A stretch of 64,000 bases of DNA from Candidatus Saccharimonadales bacterium (GCA_025451045.1 JANWLD010000001.1:133812-197811); one strand, 5' to 3'; positions 39,553 through 48,473 are shown, counted from the first letter of the stretch. Numbers and translations are program-made. The notes: generated by a model not told the origin, from the letters alone.

Positions 39553-41481
39553 ATGGCTAACGACGTCGGAACTCCAAAGAATAATGACAAAAAGCCTCTT
39601 TCGTCGGTAGATCCGGCAATCGAAGCCAAAGTAGACAAAATGATGTCGCCCACAGGCGCGCCGTTGTTGCCGGACGATAAATTGCCCGATTTTGATAAAA
39701 AACAGCCTTCGGGGAATATAAAATCCCTCGCTACTCCCGTTGCTGATAAATCGCCAGCAAAAGAACCCGCATCGGCTACTGATACGGAAACAGACAAAGC
39801 CGTAGATGAAATAGCTGAAAAAGAGTCTGATCGCATACTGGCCATGGAAGATGCCAAGGCTGAATTATTGAGCGAAGGAACGGCTGAGATTGACAGGGGT
39901 TTTTTCAACCGCGTTAAGTCAAAATTTATTGCTTTTTGGCACAATAAAACAATAAGAAATTCTTGTTTGGCCGCAATTTTCTTAATCGTACTTACTGTTT
40001 TTGTTATTCCCGCCAGCCGTTATTTTATCCTGAACTCGCTTGGGGTCAGGGCTTCAATGTCGTTAAGAGTCATTGATGATAAGACCCAACAGCCATTGAA
40101 AAACGTGGAAGTCGCTATCAATGACAAATTAAACAAGACAGACATAAAGGGCGAGGTAAAGCTGACGGGTATAAAACTGGGCAAACAACACTTGGCCGTC
40201 AAAAAACCGGCCTTCGCGGATTTTAACCAGGATGTGATTATCGGCTGGGGCAGTAATCCGAGGGGTGACACGGCGCTTAAGGCGGTCGGTAGCCGCTATA
40301 CTTTCGAAATCAAAGACTATGTGTCTGGAAAACCTGTCATAAACAGCGAGGCAACAAGCGGAGTGGCCAGTGCCACTGCCAACCAAAACGGCGAAATCGT
40401 ATTGGTCGTTGCCAACCAAAACGAGGAAGTAATAAATGTACAGATTAGCAGTAAAAACTATCGTACGGAAAATATTAATCTGCAGGTTGGAAACAATGAT
40501 ATACACCAGATAAGCCTGGTACCGGCGAAAAAGCATGCGTTTGTTTCAAAACGCAGCGGCAAGTATGACCTTTACAAGATTGGCGCAGATGGAAAAAATG
40601 AGCAGCGGGTATTGGCTGGAACCGGTTCTGAAAAAGAGGATAGCATCGTGATTTTACCCAGTCCGACCAGTAACACTATCGCGTATGTAACTATAAGGGG
40701 CGAACGGCACAACACAGACGGCTTTGCCTTGTCCAGCCTAATGATAGTAAATCTGGATAACGACCAATCGGAAACTATCGATTATTCGGAAAGAATACAG
40801 CCAATTGAGTTTATTGGCAACAGACTGGTTTATGTCAAAATTTCCGAAGGAGAAAGCGGCTCAAGCCCGAACCGCCATCAGCTTATCTCATACGATGTTG
40901 ATACCGGCCAGCAAAAGATTTTGGCTAAGACCAATTATTTTAACGATGTTCTGGCGGCAAAAGGGAATATCTATTATGCCCCAGCAGCCTATAAAGTTGG
41001 CGGCAATGTCGGACTGTTCAAGATTAGTCCCGACGGCAGTGATAGAAGTACGGTTTATGATAAGGAAGTCTGGAATCTATTTCGGGTAGCTTATGACAAG
41101 CTTGATGCTGCCGTAGGCCAAAACTGGTATGAATATGGCCTTGATTCCGGTGCGTTCCATCCTTTGAGCGAGGCACCGGCTCAAGAAGAATCGAGGATTT
41201 ATACCGACAGTCCTGATGGCAAGAAGAGTGCTTGGGTAGACAAAAGGGACGGCAAAGGAGTGCTGATAATTTATGACACTGCGACCGGCCAGGACACCGT
41301 TCGGCTAACCGAAGGCGGCTTGGTTTATCCTGTCAGCTGGCTGGATGATGACCACTTGGTTTATCGTATCGCGACCAGTTCGGAAACAGCTGATTACGTA
41401 ATAAGCCTGAGCGGCGGTTCGCCTAAAAAAATCACCGACGTTACTAATACTGCCGGGCTGGACCGCTGGTACTACTATTAA
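39553..41481 (+). CDS. Single-pass surface protein with Ig-like and TolB-like beta-propeller regions
   Basis: Low-complexity N-terminus, TM, FVSKRSGKYDLY and SPDG repeats. Confidence 0.8.
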   Translation: MANDVGTPKNNDKKPLSSVDPAIEAKVDKMMSPTGAPLLPDDKLPDFDKKQPSGNIKSLATPVADKSPAKEPASATDTETDKAVDEIAEKESDRILAMEDAKAELLSEGTAEIDRGFFNRVKSKFIAFWHNKTIRNSCLAAIFLIVLTVFVIPASRYFILNSLGVRASMSLRVIDDKTQQPLKNVEVAINDKLNKTDIKGEVKLTGIKLGKQHLAVKKPAFADFNQDVIIGWGSNPRGDTALKAVGSRYTFEIKDYVSGKPVINSEATSGVASATANQNGEIVLVVANQNEEVINVQISSKNYRTENINLQVGNNDIHQISLVPAKKHAFVSKRSGKYDLYKIGADGKNEQRVLAGTGSEKEDSIVILPSPTSNTIAYVTIRGERHNTDGFALSSLMIVNLDNDQSETIDYSERIQPIEFIGNRLVYVKISEGESGSSPNRHQLISYDVDTGQQKILAKTNYFNDVLAAKGNIYYAPAAYKVGGNVGLFKISPDGSDRSTVYDKEVWNLFRVAYDKLDAAVGQNWYEYGLDSGAFHPLSEAPAQEESRIYTDSPDGKKSAWVDKRDGKGVLIIYDTATGQDTVRLTEGGLVYPVSWLDDDHLVYRIATSSETADYVISLSGGSPKKITDVTNTAGLDRWYYY

Positions 41482-41493
41482 CGGCGTTGCCTT

Positions 41494-41557
41494 ATGAGGG
41501 GAGATATTCTCCCCTCATCGAGCCGGGCGCGGAATAAATCCGACGCTCGGTCTGCTC
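41494..41557 (-). repeat. Structured dispersed repeat, copy 2
   Basis: Homologous to 31480-31545; includes the perfect hairpin ATGAGGGGAGA-TAT-TCTCCCCTCAT. Confidence 0.85.
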
Positions 41558-41620
41558 CCCTCTAACTATGAATTTCATATGTTACAATTAGCTTAAGAAT
41601 TAACAGAGGAATGAAGTATC

Positions 41621-41899
41621 ATGCAAGATGATATTAAACTACCGCCGCCAGAGCCGGATCCACCTGAAGATGATAAGAACCTAACTTCGCTACCGCTACC
41701 ACCTAATCAAGAAGTTCCTCAAGCTCCTGCCGAATCACCACCGGCCAAGCCCGAACCAAGTAAAAACGAGCCAAAACAACCCAAGCAACCTGAAGCAGCC
41801 AAAATTGAACACCACTTGATTCCGATAATCATAGCGCTTTTGATACTTATATTTTTGGCGGTTGTTGCCGTGATGTCGGACAACCAGCTGAGTTTGTAA
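41621..41899 (+). CDS. Pro-rich protein with C-terminal TM
   Basis: GAGGA SD, Pro-rich tract and hydrophobic C-terminus. Confidence 0.7.
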   Translation: MQDDIKLPPPEPDPPEDDKNLTSLPLPPNQEVPQAPAESPPAKPEPSKNEPKQPKQPEAAKIEHHLIPIIIALLILIFLAVVAVMSDNQLSL

Positions 41900-41928
41900 T
41901 TCGTTTATCAGGATATAATAAATCTTAC

Positions 41929-42504
41929 ATGAGCCAGATTGAGGTTAATAAATGCGTCGGTATTTTAAATAATGGCGGTTTAGCAGTTATCCCAACCGAT
42001 ACTGTCTACGGCGTGGTCTGCCGGGCTGCTGATGAAGTGGCAGTCCAGCGCCTGTATAGGCTGAAATCCCGCGAAAACAAGCCTGGCACCGTCATAGCCT
42101 CATCAATTGACCAGTTGGTAGAGCTTGGCATAAAACGGCGTTACCTCTCGGCTGTTAGCCAGTATTGGCCTAATCCTATCAGCATAGAAATCCCGCACGA
42201 CATTAATTATTTAAATCAAGACACCGGTCGTCAGGCGGTTAGGGTTGTAAATAACAAAAATCTGCAACAAATATTGGACAAGACAGGGCCTCTGTTAACT
42301 TCCAGCGCCAATACACCGGGCAAGTCTACTTCAAAAAATATTGCTGAAGCCAAGAAATATTTTACCGATAAGGTAGACTTTTATTTGGATGGCGGCGAGC
42401 TGCCCGACAATCCCTCGACCCTGATCCGGATCATTGACGATGCTGTGGAAGTTTTACGCCAGGGAAGTGTTAAAGTAAATGAAGCAGGAGAGATTGAGAA
42501 ATGA
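41929..42504 (+). CDS. tsaC: L-threonylcarbamoyladenylate synthase (Sua5/YrdC)
   Basis: PTDTVYG, K-R...KP, SSAN and PST motifs. Confidence 0.92.
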   Translation: MSQIEVNKCVGILNNGGLAVIPTDTVYGVVCRAADEVAVQRLYRLKSRENKPGTVIASSIDQLVELGIKRRYLSAVSQYWPNPISIEIPHDINYLNQDTGRQAVRVVNNKNLQQILDKTGPLLTSSANTPGKSTSKNIAEAKKYFTDKVDFYLDGGELPDNPSTLIRIIDDAVEVLRQGSVKVNEAGEIEK

Positions 42505-42833
42505 ATTTTGACGAATACCAAAAGCGTGCTTTGACCACGGCCAGCACTACCAAAGATGATTTTAAGGACACAATGCACTGGATACTGGGAGTTACCGGCG
42601 AGGCTGGGGAGATTGCGGAGAAAGCCAAGAAGATTATCCGCGATAAAAAAGGCGTTATTTCTGAGGCCGACAAAGCAGAACTGGGCAGTGAAATCGGCGA
42701 CGTGCTGTGGTATTTAGCGGTTTTAGCACATCATCTGGGCTTGTCATTTGAAGATATTGCCGAGGAAAATTTAGCCAAATTAAAAAGCCGCAAAAACCGC
42801 GGTGTCATCGGCGGCTCGGGCGACAATAGGTGA
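42501..42833 (+). CDS. MazG-like nucleotide pyrophosphohydrolase
   Basis: LGVTGEAGEIAE, EIGDVLWY and GSGDNR motifs. Confidence 0.92.
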   Translation: MNFDEYQKRALTTASTTKDDFKDTMHWILGVTGEAGEIAEKAKKIIRDKKGVISEADKAELGSEIGDVLWYLAVLAHHLGLSFEDIAEENLAKLKSRKNRGVIGGSGDNR

Positions 42834-42837
42834 GTTG

Positions 42838-42943
42838 ACCCGTTATTATTTTCTCCTAAGAGGGCGTTACGGAAGCGATTAAAATTATATCGCTTCCTGC
42901 ACTTGGCCTTCACAGACCCTCTTAGTAAAAAACACTAACGGGT
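42838..42943. repeat. Long imperfect inverted-repeat element
   Basis: Nested stems ACCCGTTA/TAACGGGT, CTAAGAGGG/CCCTCTTAG and GGAAGCGAT/ATCGCTTCC. Confidence 0.7.
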
Positions 42944-44218
42944 TTTGAAATTGGTTCGGAGCCATTCGTCTAGACTGCCACCGCCTCCTCCGGATAAGCA
43001 AACCACCGTGTCGCCATCTTTGAGGTGCTTTTCAATAGAATTCTTGAGACTTTCATTTAACTCGGCGGCTTCTTTTTGGTTAGGTTCTTCAACTGAATCT
43101 ATAAATTCCTGTGGCGTAATAACTTTTTGTGCCGGGTCTTCGCGGGCCAGATAGCTGGGGACCCAATAAAGCTTCTTTACGCCCTTAAATAAGTCCTTAT
43201 ATTCATCGCGGATAAAGTATTGCCGACGGTTGGTCAGCGGTTCATAGACGATTACCACCTTGTCTGACACCTCGCCGACTGATTGCAAACAGCCTTCAAT
43301 CTTTGGAACGGTATGGGCATAATCGGAATAGAGGTTTTCGGCAATTTTCTCGAACCTTCTGGAAACACCAGGAAAGGCTACCATATCTTTACCAAGCTCT
43401 TCAATCGGCTTGTTGGATAGTTTATTTACGGCCGAAATTACTTGCCAAGCATCTTGCCGGTTTACAGTCCCAATAATAATTAACGTGTTAAGTATTGGTT
43501 CATTTTCCTGCAGGATAGTTAAACCGTCTGGTTTTAAGTCCAGTTTTGCCATGTCTTTCTGCCACATTATTTTAAGCTCGGATTGCCCGATAAACTGCCT
43601 AAAAGCGTTTTGATAATCTTCCAGTGTCGGATACTGTTCCTGGTGGTCGTAGTCAATTCCGGTAATCAAGCTCAAATATGGCGAAAAGGCCAGAAAATTA
43701 CGGTCAAACTCGTCGCATTCATAGATGAAATATTCACTTTTGGCGTCAAAATGGCCCATATCACCAAACGGAATTTTCGCGCCCACAGAATAACTGATCG
43801 GCACGTCAATTTGCTTAAAAAGCCATACTAACATTGCGGTAGTGGTGGTTTTCCCATGGGTACCGGCAACAGCAATCAACTTCAGGCCGTTATCTTTAAT
43901 GATTTTATTTAAAAGCTCGTCACGCTTAGTAGCTTTAATTCCATGTTCTGCGGCGAATTTCAATTGAGGATTATTTGGATTTTCAATAGCTACAGCCGAA
44001 GAATAAATGATTAGATCTATAGGTTTTTCTTGATGAAGATTTCTAAGATGTTCGTCACTTGAACCGATGTATATGTCTTCAACACCTTGGTTTATCAGAT
44101 AATTTATATAGCTTGATTTCTGCTTGTCGGAACCGGATACATCGTAGCCGGACTGCTTTGCTATCAGTGCCAAGGGGCCAATGGCCGTACCGCCGATACC
44201 AATGAAATATACGTGCAT
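42935..44218 (-). CDS. murC: UDP-N-acetylmuramate--L-alanine ligase
   Basis: IGIGG, GTHGKTTT, ECDEFD and DYAH motifs. Confidence 0.88.
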   Translation of the reverse strand: MHVYFIGIGGTAIGPLALIAKQSGYDVSGSDKQKSSYINYLINQGVEDIYIGSSDEHLRNLHQEKPIDLIIYSSAVAIENPNNPQLKFAAEHGIKATKRDELLNKIIKDNGLKLIAVAGTHGKTTTTAMLVWLFKQIDVPISYSVGAKIPFGDMGHFDAKSEYFIYECDEFDRNFLAFSPYLSLITGIDYDHQEQYPTLEDYQNAFRQFIGQSELKIMWQKDMAKLDLKPDGLTILQENEPILNTLIIIGTVNRQDAWQVISAVNKLSNKPIEELGKDMVAFPGVSRRFEKIAENLYSDYAHTVPKIEGCLQSVGEVSDKVVIVYEPLTNRRQYFIRDEYKDLFKGVKKLYWVPSYLAREDPAQKVITPQEFIDSVEEPNQKEAAELNESLKNSIEKHLKDGDTVVCLSGGGGGSLDEWLRTNFKTR

Positions 44219-44292
44219 ACCTTATAAGTATAAAGCCAAGAGCTAACAGCTAAAAGCTATGAACTTAAACCGCTTTAGTTATAATCATAACC

Positions 44293-44901
44293 ATGACCGA
44301 CAAACGCAAATTAAACCATAGTTACCGCCGTCTTAGACATATCAAATCAAGATATATTCTTATTCTGGCCGTCTTTTTTCTAATATTGGGTATTTATGGG
44401 ATGCGTCAAAATTACTCGCGAATGGTAGAGTTACGCGCGGCAGTGGCTAGTGCCGATAAGCAAAACGGCGATGTCGAAACAGCGCTCAGGAACCTGAGGG
44501 AATTCGTTTACAACCACATGAACACCAACCTTTCCAGCGGCAACGTGGCGATAAAGCCGCCGATACAGCTCAAATACCGCTATGAACGCTTGGCAAAAAC
44601 CGAGGCGAAAAAGGCTGAGGAAGTGAATAGAGAAGTCAAGAAACAAGGTGAACAAATCTGCATAAAAAAATACCCGGGCCGAATTTTCAACAGCCCAAGA
44701 GTCAACTGCACGGCCAAATATATAAGCGAACATTCAGCTAAACAAAATCCAATACCAAGCGACCTTTATAAATTCGATTTTATCAGCCCGGTCTGGTCGC
44801 CTGACCTTGCCGGTGTATCGCTACTTTTATCACTGGTATTTTTCGCGGCGCTGCTATTTAGAACCGGATTGGAATTCTGGTACCGATCCGAATTGGGTTA
44901 A
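44293..44901 (+). CDS. Hypothetical membrane protein (two TMs)
   Basis: N- and C-terminal TMs; leaderless-type TATAAT 7 nt upstream. Confidence 0.75.
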   Translation: MTDKRKLNHSYRRLRHIKSRYILILAVFFLILGIYGMRQNYSRMVELRAAVASADKQNGDVETALRNLREFVYNHMNTNLSSGNVAIKPPIQLKYRYERLAKTEAKKAEEVNREVKKQGEQICIKKYPGRIFNSPRVNCTAKYISEHSAKQNPIPSDLYKFDFISPVWSPDLAGVSLLLSLVFFAALLFRTGLEFWYRSELG

Positions 44902-44902
44902 T

Positions 44903-45571
44903 CTACTGGCCGGTGCTATTGCTTGGAGTGGAGCTAGAAGAGCTTTCAGCGGCGCTATTAGTAGTGGAAGGAGTAGTGGTAGACGAACTATCGCTTTTAT
45001 TGCCGGAACCAGTGGCTTGCTCTACACAGTTCTGAGGCTGTTTGGAAAGCTCTTTGATTGCGCCGGGTACGGTGCTTTGGCTGTCATCGTCTTTAAGGTT
45101 TTCCCAGAAAATAATCTGCTCGTGGTTAATTACCATTACATCCTGCGGCCGGTGCAGTTCACAACCAAGCTTACGAATGGTGAAATTATTGGAAGCTGTC
45201 TGGTTTTTGCTGTCTGACTGAACAGCCTGGTTAGGCGTAAGGTAGTAAATGTCCGCCAGCGACATGTACTTGGCATTTACATCGGTAATCTTACCGAAAT
45301 AAACTTGACCGCCGTTTAAAAATACCGCTTGGTATTTACTGGTATCAACCAGATCGTTTTCTTTGTTGTTATTACCGTCAAAAAGGAATATCGACAGAGC
45401 AACGCCTGCTATCAAAATAGTTACTGAAAACAGCAAGGTCATATAAGTAAAGTTCAATAGCCGGTGATTTTTTATCCTATGCAATCGGCCGGGTTTTTTG
45501 CCGGAGCTACTCGCCGCATTATTACTAATTGGTTGCTGTGGTTTGTTAATATTGCGATCTGTAAAATCCAT
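44903..45571 (-). CDS. Conserved-looking membrane-anchored hypothetical protein
   Basis: TM, YQAVFLNGGQVYFGK and LGCELH-P-D motifs, Ser/Thr-rich tail. Confidence 0.8.
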   Translation of the reverse strand: MDFTDRNINKPQQPISNNAASSSGKKPGRLHRIKNHRLLNFTYMTLLFSVTILIAGVALSIFLFDGNNNKENDLVDTSKYQAVFLNGGQVYFGKITDVNAKYMSLADIYYLTPNQAVQSDSKNQTASNNFTIRKLGCELHRPQDVMVINHEQIIFWENLKDDDSQSTVPGAIKELSKQPQNCVEQATGSGNKSDSSSTTTPSTTNSAAESSSSSTPSNSTGQ

Positions 45572-45691
45572 TTATTTTCCACCTCTGTTGTTCGTTAATA
45601 ACTTTAAATAGTTTAATCCATAAGCATCTCTTTTTGCAAACTATAAGGCCAATTTGAGGGCTTATTTTAAAGTGAAAATTACTTCAAGGGG

Positions 45692-45721
45692 TTGACAAGG
45701 AAAAACTCCTCGGAGTATGGT
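45692..45721 (+). promoter_or_regulatory. Sigma-70-type promoter
   Basis: TTGACA-18-TATGGT. Confidence 0.65.
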
Positions 45722-45759
45722 AGGGGTACCATTAAATCTAACAGAGGGAGATGTAAGAA

Positions 45760-45957
45760 ATGGCATATAAGCACACTAATAGTAAGGGTGTAACATACTA
45801 TCTAAATTCAAAGGATGTAACTTTGCGCGGTGGTAAGCAGCAGACTATTTACTACTTCAGCAAGGACGAGCGCAAAGACACAGCTACCGACTTGCCAAGT
45901 GGTATGAGCGTTAACGAAAACCCACGCAACGGTTTCCTTACCGTAAAACGCGGCTAA
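45760..45957 (+). CDS. Small conserved hypothetical protein (65 aa)
   Basis: AGGGAG SD, own promoter and terminator; MAYKHTNSKGVTYYL...IYYFSK...LP.G..V.EN.R.G pattern. Confidence 0.85.
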   Translation: MAYKHTNSKGVTYYLNSKDVTLRGGKQQTIYYFSKDERKDTATDLPSGMSVNENPRNGFLTVKRG

Positions 45958-45969
45958 TTTAATCAAGCT

Positions 45970-46005
45970 AAAAGGCGCCTTGTTTACAAAAGCAAGGTGC
46001 TTTTT
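45970..46005 (+). terminator. Intrinsic terminator
   Basis: AAGGCGCCTTGT / GCAAGGTGCTTT stem followed by a T-tract. Confidence 0.75.
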
Positions 46006-46046
46006 GATTTTGGAAAGTACAAGCTCGGTTTGTTAAACTAGTCCTT

Positions 46047-46805
46047 GTGCCCAAAGCAATTGTAGAAGTCAAAGAACTTACCAAAAAGTATGGCAACCGC
46101 AAGGTCGTCAACAAAATCAGTTTTTCAGTTAAGCAGGGCGAAGTATTTGGTATCTTGGGACCGAATGGCGCCGGTAAGACAACTACACTGGAAATGATAG
46201 AATCAATCCGCGAAATTGACAGCGGTAACGTACATGTTGATGGCATAGATGTGCAGAAAGATTCTCAGGCCGTCAAAAACATCATCGGCGTCCAGCAACA
46301 GACCCCGGCCTTTATGGACAAAGTCAAATTAAGAGAACATATCGAGCAAATCGCTTCGATTTACGGTGAAAAGGCTGATGCCCATGCCCTTTTGGAAGAA
46401 GTCGGCCTTGCCGAAGAAACTAATTCGTATTTTGAAAACCTGTCCGGCGGCCAGAAACAACGCTTTAGCATCGCGGCTTCATTGGTTCACGGACCAAAAG
46501 TATTTTTCATGGACGAGCCGACTACCGGCTTGGATCCTCAAGCCCGGCGCAATCTCTGGGACCTTGTGCGTACTACTCAGGCCAAGGGAGTAACCATTAT
46601 TCTGACTACCCACTATATGGAAGAGGCCGAACAGCTGTGTGACAGGGTAGCGATAATGGACCGGGGTAAAATCATCGCGCTTGATACGCCGAAAAACCTC
46701 GTACAGAAATTGCTCAAGAGCGGTTTTAAAAAGAAGCAGCATGTTGAGCAAGCCAATCTGGAAGATGTTTTTATTGACTTGACCGGAAAGGAGCTCAGGG
46801 ACTAA
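46047..46805 (+). CDS. ABC transporter ATP-binding protein
   Basis: GPNGAGKTT, LSGGQ and DEPTTGLD motifs. Confidence 0.95.
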   Translation: MPKAIVEVKELTKKYGNRKVVNKISFSVKQGEVFGILGPNGAGKTTTLEMIESIREIDSGNVHVDGIDVQKDSQAVKNIIGVQQQTPAFMDKVKLREHIEQIASIYGEKADAHALLEEVGLAEETNSYFENLSGGQKQRFSIAASLVHGPKVFFMDEPTTGLDPQARRNLWDLVRTTQAKGVTIILTTHYMEEAEQLCDRVAIMDRGKIIALDTPKNLVQKLLKSGFKKKQHVEQANLEDVFIDLTGKELRD

Positions 46806-46809
46806 ATCT

Positions 46810-47919
46810 ATGCCAAAATCATTGATGCCGGTATTTACCTTCGCCAAAATCGCTATTCGCCGGGCTTTTCGCGACAAAACAGCTATTTTCTTCATAATCC
46901 TGTTCCCATTAATCTTTTTGATTATTTTCGGAGGGTTGTTCAGCAAGGACAACGACGTTTCTTTTAGGGTAGCGCTTATTAACCAGTCAAACAGCAAATT
47001 TGCCAAGCAATTCATTGATGATGCCCAAAAAGAAAGTAGTCTGAACATTGATTCGCAGTCAGATACGCTTGATAAGGCGAAAGAAAAGATGAAACGCAGC
47101 CAGCTGGATGCCGCAATTGTCCTGCCGCCGGATTTCGGAACGGTCAAAAGAGACAATAAATACCCGACGGGTGAAGCCCAAGTCATCTATAACCAAAATT
47201 CTTCGGAGGCAGGACAGACATTAAGTTCGGTATTAAAAGAGGAATTCAATGGGATTAATTCGCAATTGGTAACCACCCAGACGCCCTTTACTGTCAAAAG
47301 CGAGCAAACCAACGAAAAAAGTTTGAACCGATTTGACTATACTTTTGCCGGGCTGGTTGGTTTTTCCATAATCGGGCTGGGCATCTTCGGACCGGTCAAT
47401 GTCTTTCCCGAACTGAAAAAACAAGGCGTCCTGCGCCGGCTTAAAACAACTCCGCTCAGAGTCTGGCAGTTTTTCATCGCCAATGTATTGTCTCAGGTAA
47501 GCGTAGGGTTGTTGTCAATTGCCATAATGCTTCTTGTAGCTATCGGTTTCTTCCATCTGAAGCTGGCTGGCAATATTGTTGAATTGGCTATTTTCATCAC
47601 GCTTGGGATTACCATGATACTGGGCATCGGTTTGGCTATCGGCGGCTGGGCCAGTAATGAACGTCAAGCGGCGCCGTTGGCTAACCTGGTGGTATTTCCG
47701 ATGATGTTCTTATCCGGTACGTTCTTTCCGCGCTTTTTAATGCCTGAATGGCTGCAGACTGTATCAGACTTTTTACCACTGACACCGGTAATCGAAGGTA
47801 TACGTTTGATTGCTACTGAAGGCCAGCATCTCATAGATCTTGGACCGCAGATAGCTATGATTCTAGCTTGGACGTTAGTGATTTATCTTATAGCCTTCAA
47901 AGTCTTCCGCTGGGAGTGA
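46810..47919 (+). CDS. ABC-2 type exporter permease
   Basis: FLSGTFFP and PLTPVIE motifs; large extracellular loop. Confidence 0.92.
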   Translation: MPKSLMPVFTFAKIAIRRAFRDKTAIFFIILFPLIFLIIFGGLFSKDNDVSFRVALINQSNSKFAKQFIDDAQKESSLNIDSQSDTLDKAKEKMKRSQLDAAIVLPPDFGTVKRDNKYPTGEAQVIYNQNSSEAGQTLSSVLKEEFNGINSQLVTTQTPFTVKSEQTNEKSLNRFDYTFAGLVGFSIIGLGIFGPVNVFPELKKQGVLRRLKTTPLRVWQFFIANVLSQVSVGLLSIAIMLLVAIGFFHLKLAGNIVELAIFITLGITMILGIGLAIGGWASNERQAAPLANLVVFPMMFLSGTFFPRFLMPEWLQTVSDFLPLTPVIEGIRLIATEGQHLIDLGPQIAMILAWTLVIYLIAFKVFRWE

Positions 47920-47944
47920 GACCTCTTCGCCGCTCCGGCTGCTC
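47917..47944 (-). repeat. Structured dispersed repeat, collapsed copy 3
   Basis: Reverse complement reads GAGCAGCCGGAGCG-GCGAAGAG-GTCTCA; the first 14 nt are identical to 31480-31493. Confidence 0.65.
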
Positions 47945-47974
47945 ACCCCTGAAACAGATGATATAATTATAGTT

Positions 47975-48376
47975 ATGAATAAGTCGGAAGAGTCGGTATT
48001 TACTAAGATTATTAAGGGAGAGATCCCTAGCCACAAAATCTATGAAGATGACAGGTGCCTGGCATTTTTAGATATTTACCCGCAGGCAGAAGGCCATACA
48101 TTGCTTATTCCTAAACAGCAGATAGACAAACTTTGGGATCTGCCTGATGATCTGTATCACCATCTTTGGAATATGGCGAAAAAAATAGAAACCAAGATGA
48201 CAGAAGTATTAAACCCACCTAGAGTCGGAATCTTTGTAGAGGGTTTTGGCGTTCCGCATGCGCATATTCACTTAATACCGGTATATAAATTAAACGATTT
48301 AAAAAATCCACAAGATATGCAAGCAAAACCTGACCATACAGCTTTGGCTGAAATAGCCGAAAGGTTGAAATTCTAG
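47975..48376 (+). CDS. HIT family nucleotide hydrolase
   Basis: GHTLLIPK and VPHAHIHLIP histidine triad. Confidence 0.95.
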   Translation: MNKSEESVFTKIIKGEIPSHKIYEDDRCLAFLDIYPQAEGHTLLIPKQQIDKLWDLPDDLYHHLWNMAKKIETKMTEVLNPPRVGIFVEGFGVPHAHIHLIPVYKLNDLKNPQDMQAKPDHTALAEIAERLKF

Positions 48377-48460
48377 CCAGGCGTTTTCCAGAGAGGGTTC
48401 CCGTGAACGAATATCGTGGAAGTTCGCGGGATACTCTGGAAAATAAAAGCCTAACTAGAA
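48371..48460. repeat. Long imperfect inverted-repeat element
   Basis: Nested stems TTCTAG/CTAGAA, TTTTCCAGAG/CTCTGGAAAA and TCCCGTGAAC/GTTCGCGGGA. Confidence 0.7.
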
Positions 48461-48473
48461 TAAGATAATTAAA

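Noticed and set aside
46479..47186. Long antisense ORFs (e.g. 46479-47186, 5835-6377, 34782-35294, 52105-52632, 31405-31680)
   Set aside because: They shadow well-supported genes or the riboswitch on the opposite strand and have no motifs.
48371..48460. Integron attC site (GCCTAAC present); also considered for 42838-42943
   Set aside because: The RYYYAAC and GTTRRRY boxes are in the wrong order, there is no integrase, and the flanking genes are housekeeping.
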